A DNA stretch of 64,000 bases from contig MU004232.1 in assembly GCA_010405405.1 (NCBI GenBank), positions 1,073,481 to 1,137,480 of the forward strand. The letters are read 5' to 3'. The DNA is from Microthyrium microscopicum. Lineage: Eukaryota. Both the position numbers and the translations under genes were made by a program. Each line of letters starts with the position of its first letter. The first letter of the stretch is position 1. Below, piece after piece: positions 31,622 through 44,524 of this stretch. Below the pieces are notes generated by a model. It did not search any database and had not been told where the DNA came from. It saw only the letters and a program-made list of their open reading frames with translations.

Positions 31622-34600
31622 ATGTCTAGCAAGAGCAAGGAACACCAAGATGAAGTCGCAACCATCAACACCAACTCGTATAGCATCGTGTCCAAGAGAA
31701 GCGTTGAAAAGCTTTATTTTCCAGACGAGCAGTCATTTCTGGAAGCGTTTGTCCCCCATTTTAGGCGCCGCGCTCCTCTGATCAATCGAGGCTACTGGCT
31801 GAGGATGAAAGCCATCGAATATGCGGTAGAAGAATTTCTGAACGCGCCGACGGACAGACCCAAGGCTGTGATCAACCTTGGCTGCGGATATGACCCATTG
31901 CCATTCCGTATGCGTCAAAAGGGCTTGGGCAACGACGTTCTATTTGTTGATGTCGATTACATGGATCTCGTTCAACGCAAAGTTAAAATTGTCTTAGAGA
32001 ATCCCAAGTTTGGCCCATACATTTCTTCCAACAGGGAAATATGTAACGATGGCAAGCCAGTAGTGCTGCGTTCGGCTCAATACTGTGCTGTCGGTATAGA
32101 CCTTGGAGATGTTACCGCCTTATCCGATGTTTTCACGCGACTTGTTCCAGTAACCAAGCATGATATTCTCTTCGTCGCTGAGGTTTCCATCACTTACATG
32201 CCGCTTACTAAAGCAAATGAGTTGATCAGCTGGACGGCTACCTTTGAGCGGAGCAAATTCTGTGTCCTTGAGCAGTACTTGCCTGATGGACCTGAGCACC
32301 CCTTTGCGAGGACAATGCTTAATCACTTTGCAAAACAATCCGCTCCCATTCAGTCTGTTTCCAAATATCAGTCTCTTGAAGACCATAGATCACGTTTTAT
32401 GTCCCAGGGATACATGAATGTCACAGCTGATAGTCTATGGCATTTTTGGGAAGATCCAAGCAAACTCAGTTTGGCAGAAAAGACATATTTGGACACTGTG
32501 GAACCGTTTGACGAATGGGAAGAATTCATCCTTTTTGCTAGTCACTACTTCGTACTAGTAGCATCTAACAAGGTAATGGACACCTCGCGTCTCTCCAAGC
32601 CTTCGCCTGATGTTGTGGCTTCAAATATCGCAAAAGGACTCGAAGACCAATCGCTCGCATCACGGCGAGGTGCTTTCCTACTTTCTACGCACTTATCAAT
32701 AGATGATAAATTCTTGTCATCGAGCTCAGAAAAGATGAAAATAGTCACTTTCCAGAACTCTGCTTCCGCTCGAAGATTTGGGAGAGCGGTAAGTTTACCC
32801 TTCAAATCGGTTGCTGTTCTTGGTGGGATTCACGACTCTTCAACTTCCGAGTTCTACTCTACAGGAGTTCCATGTCACTTGCCTCTTATGCCTCGAGATA
32901 TTGTCGCTGGACACACAGTAACTAAACTGGGAGAAGGTTCGTTCTTGCTGGTCGGGGGACGATCTTCTCCATCAAAGGCTTCCTCATCTTGTTATCTCTT
33001 CGAGCCTCTTAGTAAAGCTTGGGTTCAGGTTCATGATATCAAACCAGCAAGGTATAGACACAATGCTGTCCCAATTATAGAAGGCTCCACTCGAGGTGAG
33101 TCTATGATCCTCTTTACTATCGCCGCTATATTTGAAAAGTTTGGGCGAAGCAAAGACCGGATGCTAACTACTGATTAGGTGTTCTCGTATTTGGTGGTCG
33201 TACTAGTACTGGTGAAGTGCTTGCAGATTGGCAACTGTGGTTGGATGGCTATGGCTGGTTCCATCTGAATCCCACAATGAATCACTTCATGTCTCTGCCA
33301 TCGAGGGACACCAGTTCACAAGGCCGATTCGCCGCCTCAATGCTCGCCACTGGAGCCGGTTCGGGAATCCTTATGGGCGGCCTAGACCAAGACAGCAGAA
33401 TCTGCCGCCATTCATTGAGGTGGACCGTAAAATTTGGCTCCACCGAGGAACAAGTACTCAAATACGGAGATCGTTTCCATTGGGGCCAAGTCGATATCAA
33501 CCTGGTAGTTCCCGATGCCGATGATAGGCATAGTCTACGAGCAAGAGTAGGAGCAAACCTCGTACAATCACATATTGGCCCACTTCTCATTGGAGGCGTC
33601 GCTCCAGAGGTTATTCCAAGCGCTTTAGAGGTTCTGAAGCTTGGAAAGGATGGATTCGACACGCGTGTCTCGATGTTTCCAACAAGCGGATCACCTCGTC
33701 CTTTACTTGTTGGAATAAGCGCAATCGATGTCGATCCTTATAACATTATTATCACTGGTGGTGGAGCTGTGTGTTTTTCATTTGGCGCATGTCTAAACAG
33801 CCATTGGTATCAGTTACACATTGACTCTGGAGTTGATTCTCCAGAGCCCTTGGAATTGCGCCAATTGAGCGACAAGGAGCTGTTGGTAGAATCAACTAAA
33901 AAGAAGACGGAACACACGTGGCAGCTCGTTCCAAAATATTGTATTCATGAATACCAGGCCGACAAGCTCACAGGTCTTTCGACTCCGGTATCCGAAAGCC
34001 TTGAACCTTGTGTCTTACGGGGTATGGATTTTGGACCTTGTTGCCAAAAATGGGATCTGGAATATCTGGAAAACAACATTGGTGTTGACACCAAATTGTC
34101 TATTCACAAGGGAACCTCTCGGAATCTGCTATTTCACCCCACGAAGAATTTTGTCTATGAGGTACAAACATTTAGCGAGTTCAAGAAAGAACTGGAAGCT
34201 CAATCCCATGTATACCTCCGATCATTAGCCCAAGTATCTCCTTTCCAGCAAGCAGCTTACTTGAGCCGCGATTTTCCAGATATCGCCAACGACTTTCAAA
34301 TCCCTCCAACTCTCAACGATCTCTTCAATCTCTCCTCACGTATTCACTCCTCCGTCCTAAGAATATCAGGGGACGTCGCAGTCTGGCTCCACTACGACGT
34401 CATGTCTAACTTCCTGTTCCAAGTCAGAGGATGCAAAACCGTCACACTTTTCTCTCCGACAGAAGCCACAGCGCTTGGCTTCGCTCCCGGGGCAACAGTG
34501 TCCACTCTACCCATCGAGACCATTGAGGCAAGAGCCTCGCCGAGTCCCACAGGACATGAGGTTCAGCAAGATTCTTCTTGTAATACGGTGACACTACATC

Positions 34601-35049
34601 CAGGGGACGTGCTCTTCATTCCCAGGTTTTGGCTTCATGCTACTCGACCTGCTGAGAGTAACCCGGAACCTTCTGTTGCTGTGAATGTGTTTTGGAGGGA
34701 TTTGCCACTTGCTGCATACGCGGCGGGACGCGATGTGTACGGGAGTCGGGACCTTGCAGTTTATGAGAATGGTCGCACTGCTGTTAAGCGTATTGCCGAT
34801 CATTTTAAGAAAGACTTGGGAAAAGATCCTGGCTTGTCTGGGCAGGATCTTGTCAGATTTCTGAGGGAGAAAAGAAAGCATAGTGGAACGGCTAATCACA
34901 AGAGTTGGAAAGAGTGCGAAAAGCTGAAGCAAAAGTTTGTGTCACTGCCAGACGATGTCGGCGCTTTCTATCTGCCTCGTCTTGCCCAGGAGCTTGAGCA
35001 GATATTGCAAGATATCAAACCTCATGAAAGCACTCCCGGGTCGCAATAA
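31622..35049 (+). CDS. PPM2: tRNA wybutosine-synthesis methyltransferase Ppm2/Tyw4 (LCM + Kelch) fused to a JmjC domain
   Basis: SIVSKRSVE, INRGYWLR, NLGCGYD, EPFDEWEE, Kelch-like GG repeats, GGGAVCFSFG, JmjC WLHYD...WLH; intron 33096-33178. Confidence 0.9.
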
Positions 35050-35698
35050 GTCACTATAACATTAAACAATCACCAACTTCGCATTCACTGTCAGAACCTA
35101 TGGATGCAAGCTTTGCGCTCTCGCCAGAACTTCATTTTGACCATTTCGACCATGAGATGTAGTTATTCCAATGACGAAATCTGGTGTCTGGACTTCATAC
35201 CACGTCAACCTGGTAAATCTGGGTTCTTTGTGGACCTAGCGGCATGATGCTTTTAAGGCAGGTACACGATGAGGAAGAAAATTTATGTCAACTCGCCATG
35301 TTCATAGCCGCAAGTGCGTGCCTTAAGTTACATGGTCTAGCTTGAGTGGACATTATGACTTTGTGTTCTCTTGGTTGAAAATCCTTCCAATCATTGACTT
35401 GCCTACAAATGCTGCGTAGCCATCTCAGGAACGGCACAATGGACATGATCAGTGCGTTGACAAGATTCTTCACCATGGCCATCCCTTACAACATGTTCAC
35501 ACGATGCAAATGGAGTAGTTGGAAAGCCAGAAAACGAGTATCACAGCATCAACGAGCATGCAGATTCCTCCTTTGTTCAAAATGCATATGTGAGCTTCGC
35601 GAATACGGGCGAATCTGAACAAATTACAGGAATTTTGCGGCATGTCGTTTGTATGGAAGATGTTAGCCATCAATCTTCATGGAAGAACGATGACAACT

Positions 35699-35910
35699 CA
35701 ACCGATGGACAAAATGACTGGCGTGCCCCAATCACGTCCAATGGCTCCCACCAACGCTTTCAAACAGCACATACTATAATTTCCATCAAAATCCATCGAT
35801 AGAGGTGGAACAAACGTAGTCCCTGGGAAATAAAGCACTCGATAACAAAGCGTGGCAGATGGAGCCATAGAAGTCGATGGGAGCACGCCAGTTATTTTGT
35901 CCTTCGGTTG
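35699..35910. mobile_element. MITE-like element with about 60-bp imperfect terminal inverted repeats
   Basis: Left CAACCGATGGACAAAATGACTGGCGTGC versus reverse complement of right end CAACCGAAGGACAAAATAACTGGCGTGC; flanked by direct repeat ACAACT (35693-35698, 35911-35916); non-coding. Confidence 0.72.
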
Positions 35911-36555
35911 ACAACTTTATCTGCTATCTTCATTCTCTTTGAGAGCGACGAAAACCTCGAGCCGGTGATCAATCAGGCACCAGGTGCCGATAAGTAGTGG
36001 AACCGTCGCTAGCGAGCTGCATCTGCCTTCGATTTTGCATCAACTTTTTTGTTACACGACATAATTGAAAATGCTTGATTTTCAGATTGCCATGACTGGC
36101 AGTGGATCTTCAGATAGAAACACTTCGCTCGTGCTTCAACAACGTCAAAAGTGGCTGCTATATGGATCCTACACGTTTTCAAACGCCTCCAGGCAGCGAA
36201 CATATGAAACACTACACAGTACGATCACTACAGAAACTACTTCGTGTTGTCTGTATGTTTTCTGAACTACAAATGTCGTTGTATAGGCGACACGGCTAAG
36301 AACATGGCAGCCTGAGGACATATCTCCACATCTGCCGTTGATATAATGCTCAATCCGTACACTCACAGCTCGTGCTACTTCTCTGTGGCAATATCGGACG
36401 TCAACAAAGATAAACAAATTAGCATTATCCTGGCTAGACCTTAAACAGTGATCATTGAGGCCTCACCCACAGCATTATGGCATATAAGACGCCGGCTGTC
36501 TTTCAAATCTTGGCATCATATTGCTCGCAGTGATTTTGTCTCTCCTTTAGATTCG

Positions 36556-38712
36556 ATGTTCTCTTACAGGTGTTTGATCACTTCACTCAGCATACTTAAT
36601 TCCTTACCTCTCGTTCTATCCGCTGGATGGGCATCCCCCGAGTATCCAGCTGAACTTCTCTTCAATAGACCATTACCCATTCCACCCGTTAAGACTCCTC
36701 TCTACACGTTCACGAACAATGAAACAGGTGCACGGCTCGACTACTATGAAGTCCAAATCACTCCTTTCACCAAAACACAATACCCCAACCTTGGTCCGGC
36801 TCAGTTCATAGGATACGATGGCATGTTTCCAGGTCAGTTAACTCACAACCACCTCTGGCAAAGTCAGCTAACAAAATCCAGGTCCGACATTCAAAGCCTG
36901 TCAAGGTCGAGAATCAATCGTTCGTTTCATCAACGTGGCAAGCACATTGACGAGCTCAGTTCATCTTCATGGTTCCTATACTCGAGCTCCCTTTGACGGA
37001 TACGCCGATGACAAGATCCGTATTGGAGAGTACAAGGACTACTACTATCCCAACAAACAAAGTGCTCGCACTCTACATTACCACGATCATGTGGCCGATC
37101 ACACTGCTAAGAATGTTTACTATGGTCAGACAGGGATGTATATCATCGAGGACCCCGAAGAGCAGGCCCTCGGACTACCGAAGGGTAACTACGACATACC
37201 ATTGGCCATCATGGCTCGTCAGTATACCAGCAATGGCTCACTGTATGATCCAGAAGCCAATGGGGAGATCAGAAATCTATATGGTGACGTGAATGAAGTG
37301 TAAGTCTCTCATGTTGAGATGACCATGATCCCCTAACAGTTTTTATAGGAACGGACAGCCCTGGCCGTATCTCCAGGTTGAGCCTCGAAAGTATCGATTC
37401 CGTATTCTAGACTTGGGTATAAGTCGAACATATCTGCTGTATTTGACCGCAGATCAACAGCAAAGCCAAAGGATCAACATGACCATCGTAGGTTCAGATG
37501 CTGGACTTCTCGCATATCCAGTATCCACACAAGATCTTGGTATTTCTGTGGGGGAGCGATGGGAAGTCATTGTTGATTTTGCTCCTTTCAAGGGGCAAAA
37601 TGTCACTATGATGAATGTCCAAGGGATTGATCCTAGCTCTGATTATAATAGCACGGATAAAGTCATGCGTAAGTAGAGACTTTCTTTGGCTTTGAAGGGG
37701 GCGACTCTAACTTATTCAACGTAGGTTTCGTTGTCGGAAACACTGTAAAAAATGATGAAAACAACGGACCAATTCCCCAGAAGCTTCGCGAAGTGCCCTT
37801 CCCACCGAACAACAGTGTCGATGATCGGGAATTTCTGTTTGCCCTTGAAGGTGGAGAGTGGAAAATCAACGGCGTCACTTGGTAAGTTTCCGAGGATATA
37901 TTTCGCTTTATCACTAACACTGAGACAGGTCTGATATTCGAGAGCGACTCCTTGCCAGCCCCAAGCGAGGCTCTATCGAATCATGGACGTTCAGAAACGG
38001 AGACAGAGACGCGTGAGTCGAATAACACTCCCTTTCCTCAATAAACACTAACCTAATTTCTAGGTCACATCCGATCCACACCCACCTCATCGACTTTCAA
38101 GTAATATCCCGAACCAGTAGCTTCCGAGGCGTCCTGCCATATGAAGCCGCCGCTTTGAAAGATGTCGTTTGGCTAGCCCCTGGCGAAACTGTCCGTATGC
38201 TTGCGCGCTTCTCTCCCTGGCCAGGCGTATATATGTTTCACTGCCACAATCTGATCCACGAGGTATGTTCTCGACATTTTGTTAGTCTTGTACTAATCAT
38301 TATAAAGGACCATCAGATGCTGGTGGAGTTCAACGTCACCCAAGTCGAGGGTCTTGATCTTAATGAAACTGAGCTGTTCATCGACCCACTCGACCCACAA
38401 TATCGGCCGGTTGGGTATTCTGCAAGCGATCTTTCTGCTCGTATTGGTTCGTTTAGTCGAGAGGCTATCCGAGGCAAGGTGTCATTTTTGTTGACGAAGC
38501 ATGCTTATGGTACGTTTTGCTCCCGCTGCAATCTTCACTTATTCAGATCTTTCTATTGACACGTTATAGGAGATGTGAACAAAGTCGACGAGGCCCTCGA
38601 TGCCTATTGGCATACCAAGGCACAAGGAGAAGAAGCAGGATCAAGTGAACCGTCTGCTCTTCAGCGTCGCAACCTGTTAAATGGTTGGACCAATCGAATT
38701 AAGCAAGTGTAA
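36556..38712 (+). CDS. Secreted multicopper oxidase, bilirubin oxidase/CotA-like, multi-exon
   Basis: Signal peptide; copper motifs HLHG, YHDH, HPIHTH, HCHNLIHEDHQM; NGQPWPYLQVEPRKYRFR. Confidence 0.9.
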
Positions 38713-38809
38713 TAACCCTTTCTGGAGGCTTTCTCTTTCAAAACACTCGATTTTGATACTTCAAGCTCTTTGAAGCGAATTGAATTTGAAATCTACTCAA
38801 TCATTTCTG

Positions 38810-39463
38810 TCATGAAATAAGTTCCAGACGATGACCATCCGCAACTTTGACAAGATGGAAGCTCGCCCATCCAGCTCGTGGCCAATCAACCTTGCCCTCA
38901 CCTGTCACATAGTCGCGAGTATCTCCATGTCCTACTAGCACAATATCTCTCCTTTCACCACCTTGGGCCTTGTATTTTTCCACTAGACTCGCTAAGTGAT
39001 TCCGAACCGCTTTCCCTCGCTCTGCCACCGTTTCCTCAGTATCAGCATAGAAACCTTCCTTCAGCATCCAAGTATCACTGAGCTCGGAAAAGTCCAGTCC
39101 AGCAAATTCTTTTTCCAGAATCTCGCGTTTAGATCCAACGTTACATGGCATGCCATTCGTTGGTTGAACTTGCTGATATATTTCAAATTGTGCTCCATTT
39201 TCGATGCCAGAAGCACCTCCTATTCTTGGTGATGTTCTATCAAGGATGTGACTGAATCCTCCCAGGGCTGTTTGAATAGTCCGCCGCAGAGGTGAAGTTA
39301 GAATGACTGCAACTTGATCGTGATAAGGGAATTTCTCTGCTAGTTCGGATATTTGTTGTTCTCCAAGAGCTGTTAGGGGTGGATCGTGCTGGGAACGGTC
39401 ATGTGTAACATTATGTTCCGACTGAGCATGGCGTACAAGATGAATTCTTGGTTCCATCTTCAA
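38810..39463 (-). CDS. Histidine phosphatase (phosphoglycerate mutase-like) protein
   Basis: HLVRHAQSEHN, LTALGEQQ, TSPLRRTIQT, VLVGHG. Confidence 0.88.
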   Translation of the reverse strand: MKMEPRIHLVRHAQSEHNVTHDRSQHDPPLTALGEQQISELAEKFPYHDQVAVILTSPLRRTIQTALGGFSHILDRTSPRIGGASGIENGAQFEIYQQVQPTNGMPCNVGSKREILEKEFAGLDFSELSDTWMLKEGFYADTEETVAERGKAVRNHLASLVEKYKAQGGERRDIVLVGHGDTRDYVTGEGKVDWPRAGWASFHLVKVADGHRLELIS

Positions 39464-40158
39464 TCCTTCTTGATTATGGATTCAGGTATTTTGCCTTTTT
39501 AGCGTCGCTTGTTTTGAAGTCGTCGTGAAGAGTACTCAGTTCGATTTGTATTTGAACTTGATGGCAATATTGGTTTTTGCGGTTGTAATTACTTCTATGA
39601 CAATTGTTGGAAAATGTTGTTTCAAGACTAAGATATAGCCTCAGAAGCAGCCGACCTCGCACCCCGAGCTGGCCGAGAGCGAGCCATGCAGACTAACGAC
39701 TTCCCTTGACTCCTGAGGGCAATTATTACTAAGCGATGGTCGCTACAACCATGAAAGCTTCTTGTCAACAACAACATACGATTTTCCCGCAGACAATTAA
39801 CCAGCTCGCCGTTCATTGATCGCGGGAATTATGGGCCATACTCATAGCATGCAATATCACAATTGCCAACGACAGACTCAGCCTGATAGAAATCTAAAGC
39901 ATATGTGAACCGCCAATCATAATCAAGAATGAGGAGGTGGCGCACGCCCCAATGGTCTGATATGGAACTACACTACTTAAAGCAGTTCTTAGCGAGCAGT
40001 ATTGTTGCATGCAGATACGAAGCAATCTTCTCCTCATTTCAGCCGACTGGTTCCTTTCTGAAGCTTTTGAGATACTCCCGGAGAAAATGCAAGGCCTTGT
40101 ACACCTCGAATTTAGGATGTGCCGTCGCCTCTGATAAGTCCATACACCAGCATCCATA

Positions 40159-43100
40159 ATGGATCCCCTATCCATTGTCAGCACTTCTCTTGCAATCTCA
40201 AAGCTTTGTGTGACGGTCGGCTGGGAATTAAAGACCTTCATTCAAGAAGCAAAGCAAGTTGGAAAGGGAATAGAGGCTCTCTATCAAGATGTACGCGGAT
40301 TCGAAACGATTCTGGACCAGCTGAAGGACATTTTTCAGGACCCCAAGGTGGGCACATCTCTCGATGGCGAAACGGGACATATCGGGAATCATTGGCGGGA
40401 TCTTCATTCGACCCTAGAAGATGCTGAAGAAACCCTTCAAGGCCTAGAGGCTACTGTTACGAAAATTAACAAGAGTAGTTCCATGCTAGACTTGACTCGG
40501 AAACATATACGATTGAAGGGATCCGCGGGAGAGATCTCGGTATATCAACAACGGATCAGGTCATACAAAGATACTATACAAGTATCCCTTCAAACAACCA
40601 TGCTGTAAGTAAAAGAAATCGGATTGTCCATATAAGCTAATTGGCATATTAGATGGTATCAGGTTTCTGCTAAGCAGTCATCCGATGTAGTGATTCCCGC
40701 ATTGGATGAGGTTCAGGCCGCTATCAGGAGCTTGGGATTGGATATGAATTCTCGTCTTGCTGCTATAGAAGACAATATGAAATCAGAACCATCGACTGGC
40801 CCAAGTGAGGACACTGACCAATCCTCGAGCCAAGAACAAGCAGAGGTAATCAAGAATATGAGAAACTGCCTGAGATCTGCAGCAACTGTAGTATCGTCCG
40901 CATCAACTGTTTATGTGCGCCGGCCTGGCAAGGACTATGAAACAGTTTACGGTTCGGACTTTGGAGATGTCTTTCCTCCTGAGCCTAGCGATATCATGCT
41001 AGACTGGATGTGAGTTGATCTCGTATAAGAACATTCCTCGTCATCTTGTTTGATATGCCCAATTGCTATTCTGCCAAAAATATTTTGCAGTAGAGATGCT
41101 TATCAGAGGACTTCAGCCGACCTTACTACTGCTGTGATTATATTTGCTAACAGACTTACAGTGAAACCAACAAAATCGCAGAAAATGAACAGGATTCTCC
41201 TGAAAATACCCCCTTGGCCGCGGCGACTCTGGAGAGTCACAGTACTCTTCTAGCACCCGCGGGTGAGTGGGATTCTGATGAAGAAGAAGAACTAGAGTTC
41301 ATCCAAGCTCTCTACCAGCAGGCACTAAGCAAACTTGATTCAGACCAATCAGTTGAAGCTGAAAGTTATCTTCAAAATTGCTTGCAACGCTTGTCACAAG
41401 AACAGTGGCCTCAGGGGATACCCGCATCGCTCAACTCTCTGCGAATTGATACAATGAGTGCTTTGATATCCATCTTCATTGCACAGAAGAAATGGTATGT
41501 TCTCTCATTCTCAGTCCGTCTATTGACTTTGATGCCATGGCCGCATTGAAGAGAGCTAAGAAGTGTTCCCAAACATGTATATGCTATATGCTAGCACGTG
41601 TCCTGCTACCCTAAAGTGCTTTTTCCTCCCCGAAGTGCGATTTGGTCTTGATTTATGGCACGAGATGCAAAGCCTTGTCTTTTCACCAGAAGGGCAATGG
41701 TACATAGTGTACTTCATATGGTCCACTGGTTCTCATGGCCCTCTCGAGTACTCTCATCGCTAACCATCGCTAGGGATGAAGCTCAAAAATTGCTGAAAAC
41801 AAAAATTGCAATCACTGCTTCATATCGCGAAGGCCGATATGATCAAAGTGTGCTCACTGATACGCTACTACTGTCAAAAGTGCTCAGGGACAAGGGTGAT
41901 CTTTCTGAGGCGCGTCTATATGGCAGACGAGCGTACAAGAGTTTTAAAAAACAAAAGCCATCGAATCGAGAAAACTGCATTGCTGCCTTGGAAAACCTCA
42001 TTCAAATATCCGACTTGGGCTCGCAACCGCGGGACGCAGACGCCTATCGAGCTGTACTTGACCATCACTATCTTTCTCGACCAGAAGTTAGGTCAAGCAG
42101 CGCAGGTGTCACAGGTGTTGAAAACACTAACAAAGCTCGAGTTGATGATCCATTCTCAGACCTCGGTTTCGATGATAGTACCATCACTTTGGGGTCTTCA
42201 CAAAGTCCGTCAAGCATGCGAGAAGGATATAAGCCTGCGGACCCACCGCACGATTGGGATACTGTATTCAAGACAGTTGATAAGGACCTTTCTGGCACAC
42301 CACCCACAGATGTCAAAAGTATAGAGTCCTCAGCCAAGACCGACGTAGGAGAGATGTTGAATGGTCTTGATTTTGATGACAATACTATTGATTTGGACTC
42401 CTCACGCTTCCAACCAGAAACCCAGCCACAGATTCAACGAGACTTATCTGGAACTCGGCGACGCACTATGAATTCTGGAGCTGATTCTGCCATTGACGAT
42501 CCAGAAGCTAGCCGTCGTGAACCGGTATCTACGAGATATCCACAAAGCCCCACGTAAGTGCGCCCTCTTCGAACAATCGATCATCATCCAATGTAATCAC
42601 ACTTCTTGTTCCGTCCTCGTTCAATGACCGCGTAGTGCTCTATGATTGACGCGAAGTTCGACGGGAAACTACCATAGAGTCATCATGCTATCTTGTCAGC
42701 GCTTGTTAGCTCGCCGAGACGAAGACAGTGCTAATTCATACCCTCACACTAAAAAGTCTTAGACAGGCACCCTCGCAACCTCAACAATCTCCTCACGAAC
42801 ACGCAGAAGAGGAAGAGAACATTCTCGTGGGAGGTGAAGAAGAGGAAAATATTCCTGCTCAAAATACTCAACAAGCTTACGAGATCACCCTGGTCCAAGC
42901 CGGTGAAACCATTGAAAACGGAGGCAAAAGGATTGTGGCTATCGCAATTCATCCGGCTAGTACCTTAATTGCCGTTGCAACAGATAATGGTGACATCAAA
43001 ATCTGGGACCGGTACACGCTGGGCGCATTACCTATCGCTAAAATCAAGCACAAGCTCGTAATAGGTATCTCTGTGCCTGCTACATTTCTTGCTTTCTCAC

Positions 43101-44127
43101 CAGATGGGAACTATTTGGCTACCGCAAGTAACGATGATCTCGTTGTGATGCTGTGGAATGTTACAACCTGGAAAGTGGCACATAAAATTAACGACCTCTG
43201 GTTCGATGTTCAAAGTTTAGCTTTTTCGACCACTGGCTCACACCTTGCATTTTCGGACCGTAGAAGAATCATAATATGGGACGTCAAAAAAGCTACTCGA
43301 TTACATACCGTAGCCATCAAGATGGCCAAGAGTATGGTCTTTGCAGCGGCCAGACACAACCCTCGCTCACTGAGTGATGGCCTCTTGGCTGCAACGGTGT
43401 CAGAAATATACCTTATACGCAACGGGTCGTACACCCGAATATGGAGCTTCCTTGCAAACACTGAAATCGGCATCATATCAATAGCAGTCTCGCCTGATAG
43501 CAGCATGATGGCATGCCTAAAACTTTGTCGACCCATGCTCTCCAATAATCGTATCGAGCTATACCGTGGAGTACTAGTATTCGATTTACTGGAAAGTCCA
43601 GCTCTCCAACAGAGCAGACTCAAAAATTGGCGGGAAGATATCACAGGCTCTGGCTCTCTATTAGCTGATTCAAAGAGGGGAGACCTGGCATTTTCACCTA
43701 AATTCCATGGTCTGATAGTAGCTAACATTAGAGACGAAGGTGTGGTCGAGTTTCATCCGCTGGATTCTAAAGGCTCAGAAAAGACAACAACAAAGATATC
43801 GGCAAAGCTGGATACAAAGTCTACAATGACTAGGCTGGTAGTTGCTTCAGACGGAACACTCGTGACGACACATGATGATGGCAGCATTAGGTGCTACACT
43901 CAACCAGATGGCATATTCGCAGGAACTCCTTCAAGCAGTGAGCATGATGATCCAATTTTGAAACAATTGTGTGGCATGGGATATCCACGCGACCTTGCGC
44001 AGACTGCCTTGGAAAAGGTTGACTACAACATTCAGAGAGTAAGTGGTCAATTATGAAACTTCTACACTTGACCTCATGGCTGACTTGGGCTTAGGCTGCG
44101 GAATACTTGGATACTCTACTGAAATAA
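40159..44127 (+). CDS. Multi-exon protein: fungal STAND N-terminal-like helical domain, TPR-like region, WD40-like repeats, C-terminal UBA
   Basis: MDPLSIVSTSLAI start; LAFSPDGNYLATAS and IKIWD WD40-like motifs; DDPILKQLCGMGYPRDLAQTALEKVDYNIQR|AAEYL UBA. Joining the segments into one gene is inferred from GT-AG introns. Confidence 0.65.
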
Positions 44128-44524
44128 GAAGGCCACAGAGCTGGCTAGAAGGTGTACGAGATTCGGAACAGAAGATGAACCTCAGAAGATCCACCACTTT
44201 CAGTACGCTGCCTTCATGAGCAAGTGCGGAACCTTATCAAGCTTCCAACTTCAATATTGGCATATTGAGTACACAACAACGCACTAAGCATCTCCAAGAC
44301 CTCGATTAATGTAAAGTCCACAGCGCCTGTTAGCTCCATGCTTAGAAATCTTATCCACCATTATCTTGTCATTACATATGTGTTCGTGCTGAATTCTGAA
44401 AGATCAGCTTGCTAGTCCTCGAGCTTGCCTACAGTCCGAAAAGCACTCACATATAGGGTTATTCTCCTTCCGGTTTATACAGTAAGTCGAACATCCAACT
44501 TTCGAGCTAAAATAGTTCAATGTC

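Noticed and set aside
31622..35049. Methyltransferase-Kelch-JmjC fusion as a novelty
   Set aside because: To my knowledge this is the usual Ppm2/Tyw4 architecture in filamentous ascomycetes.
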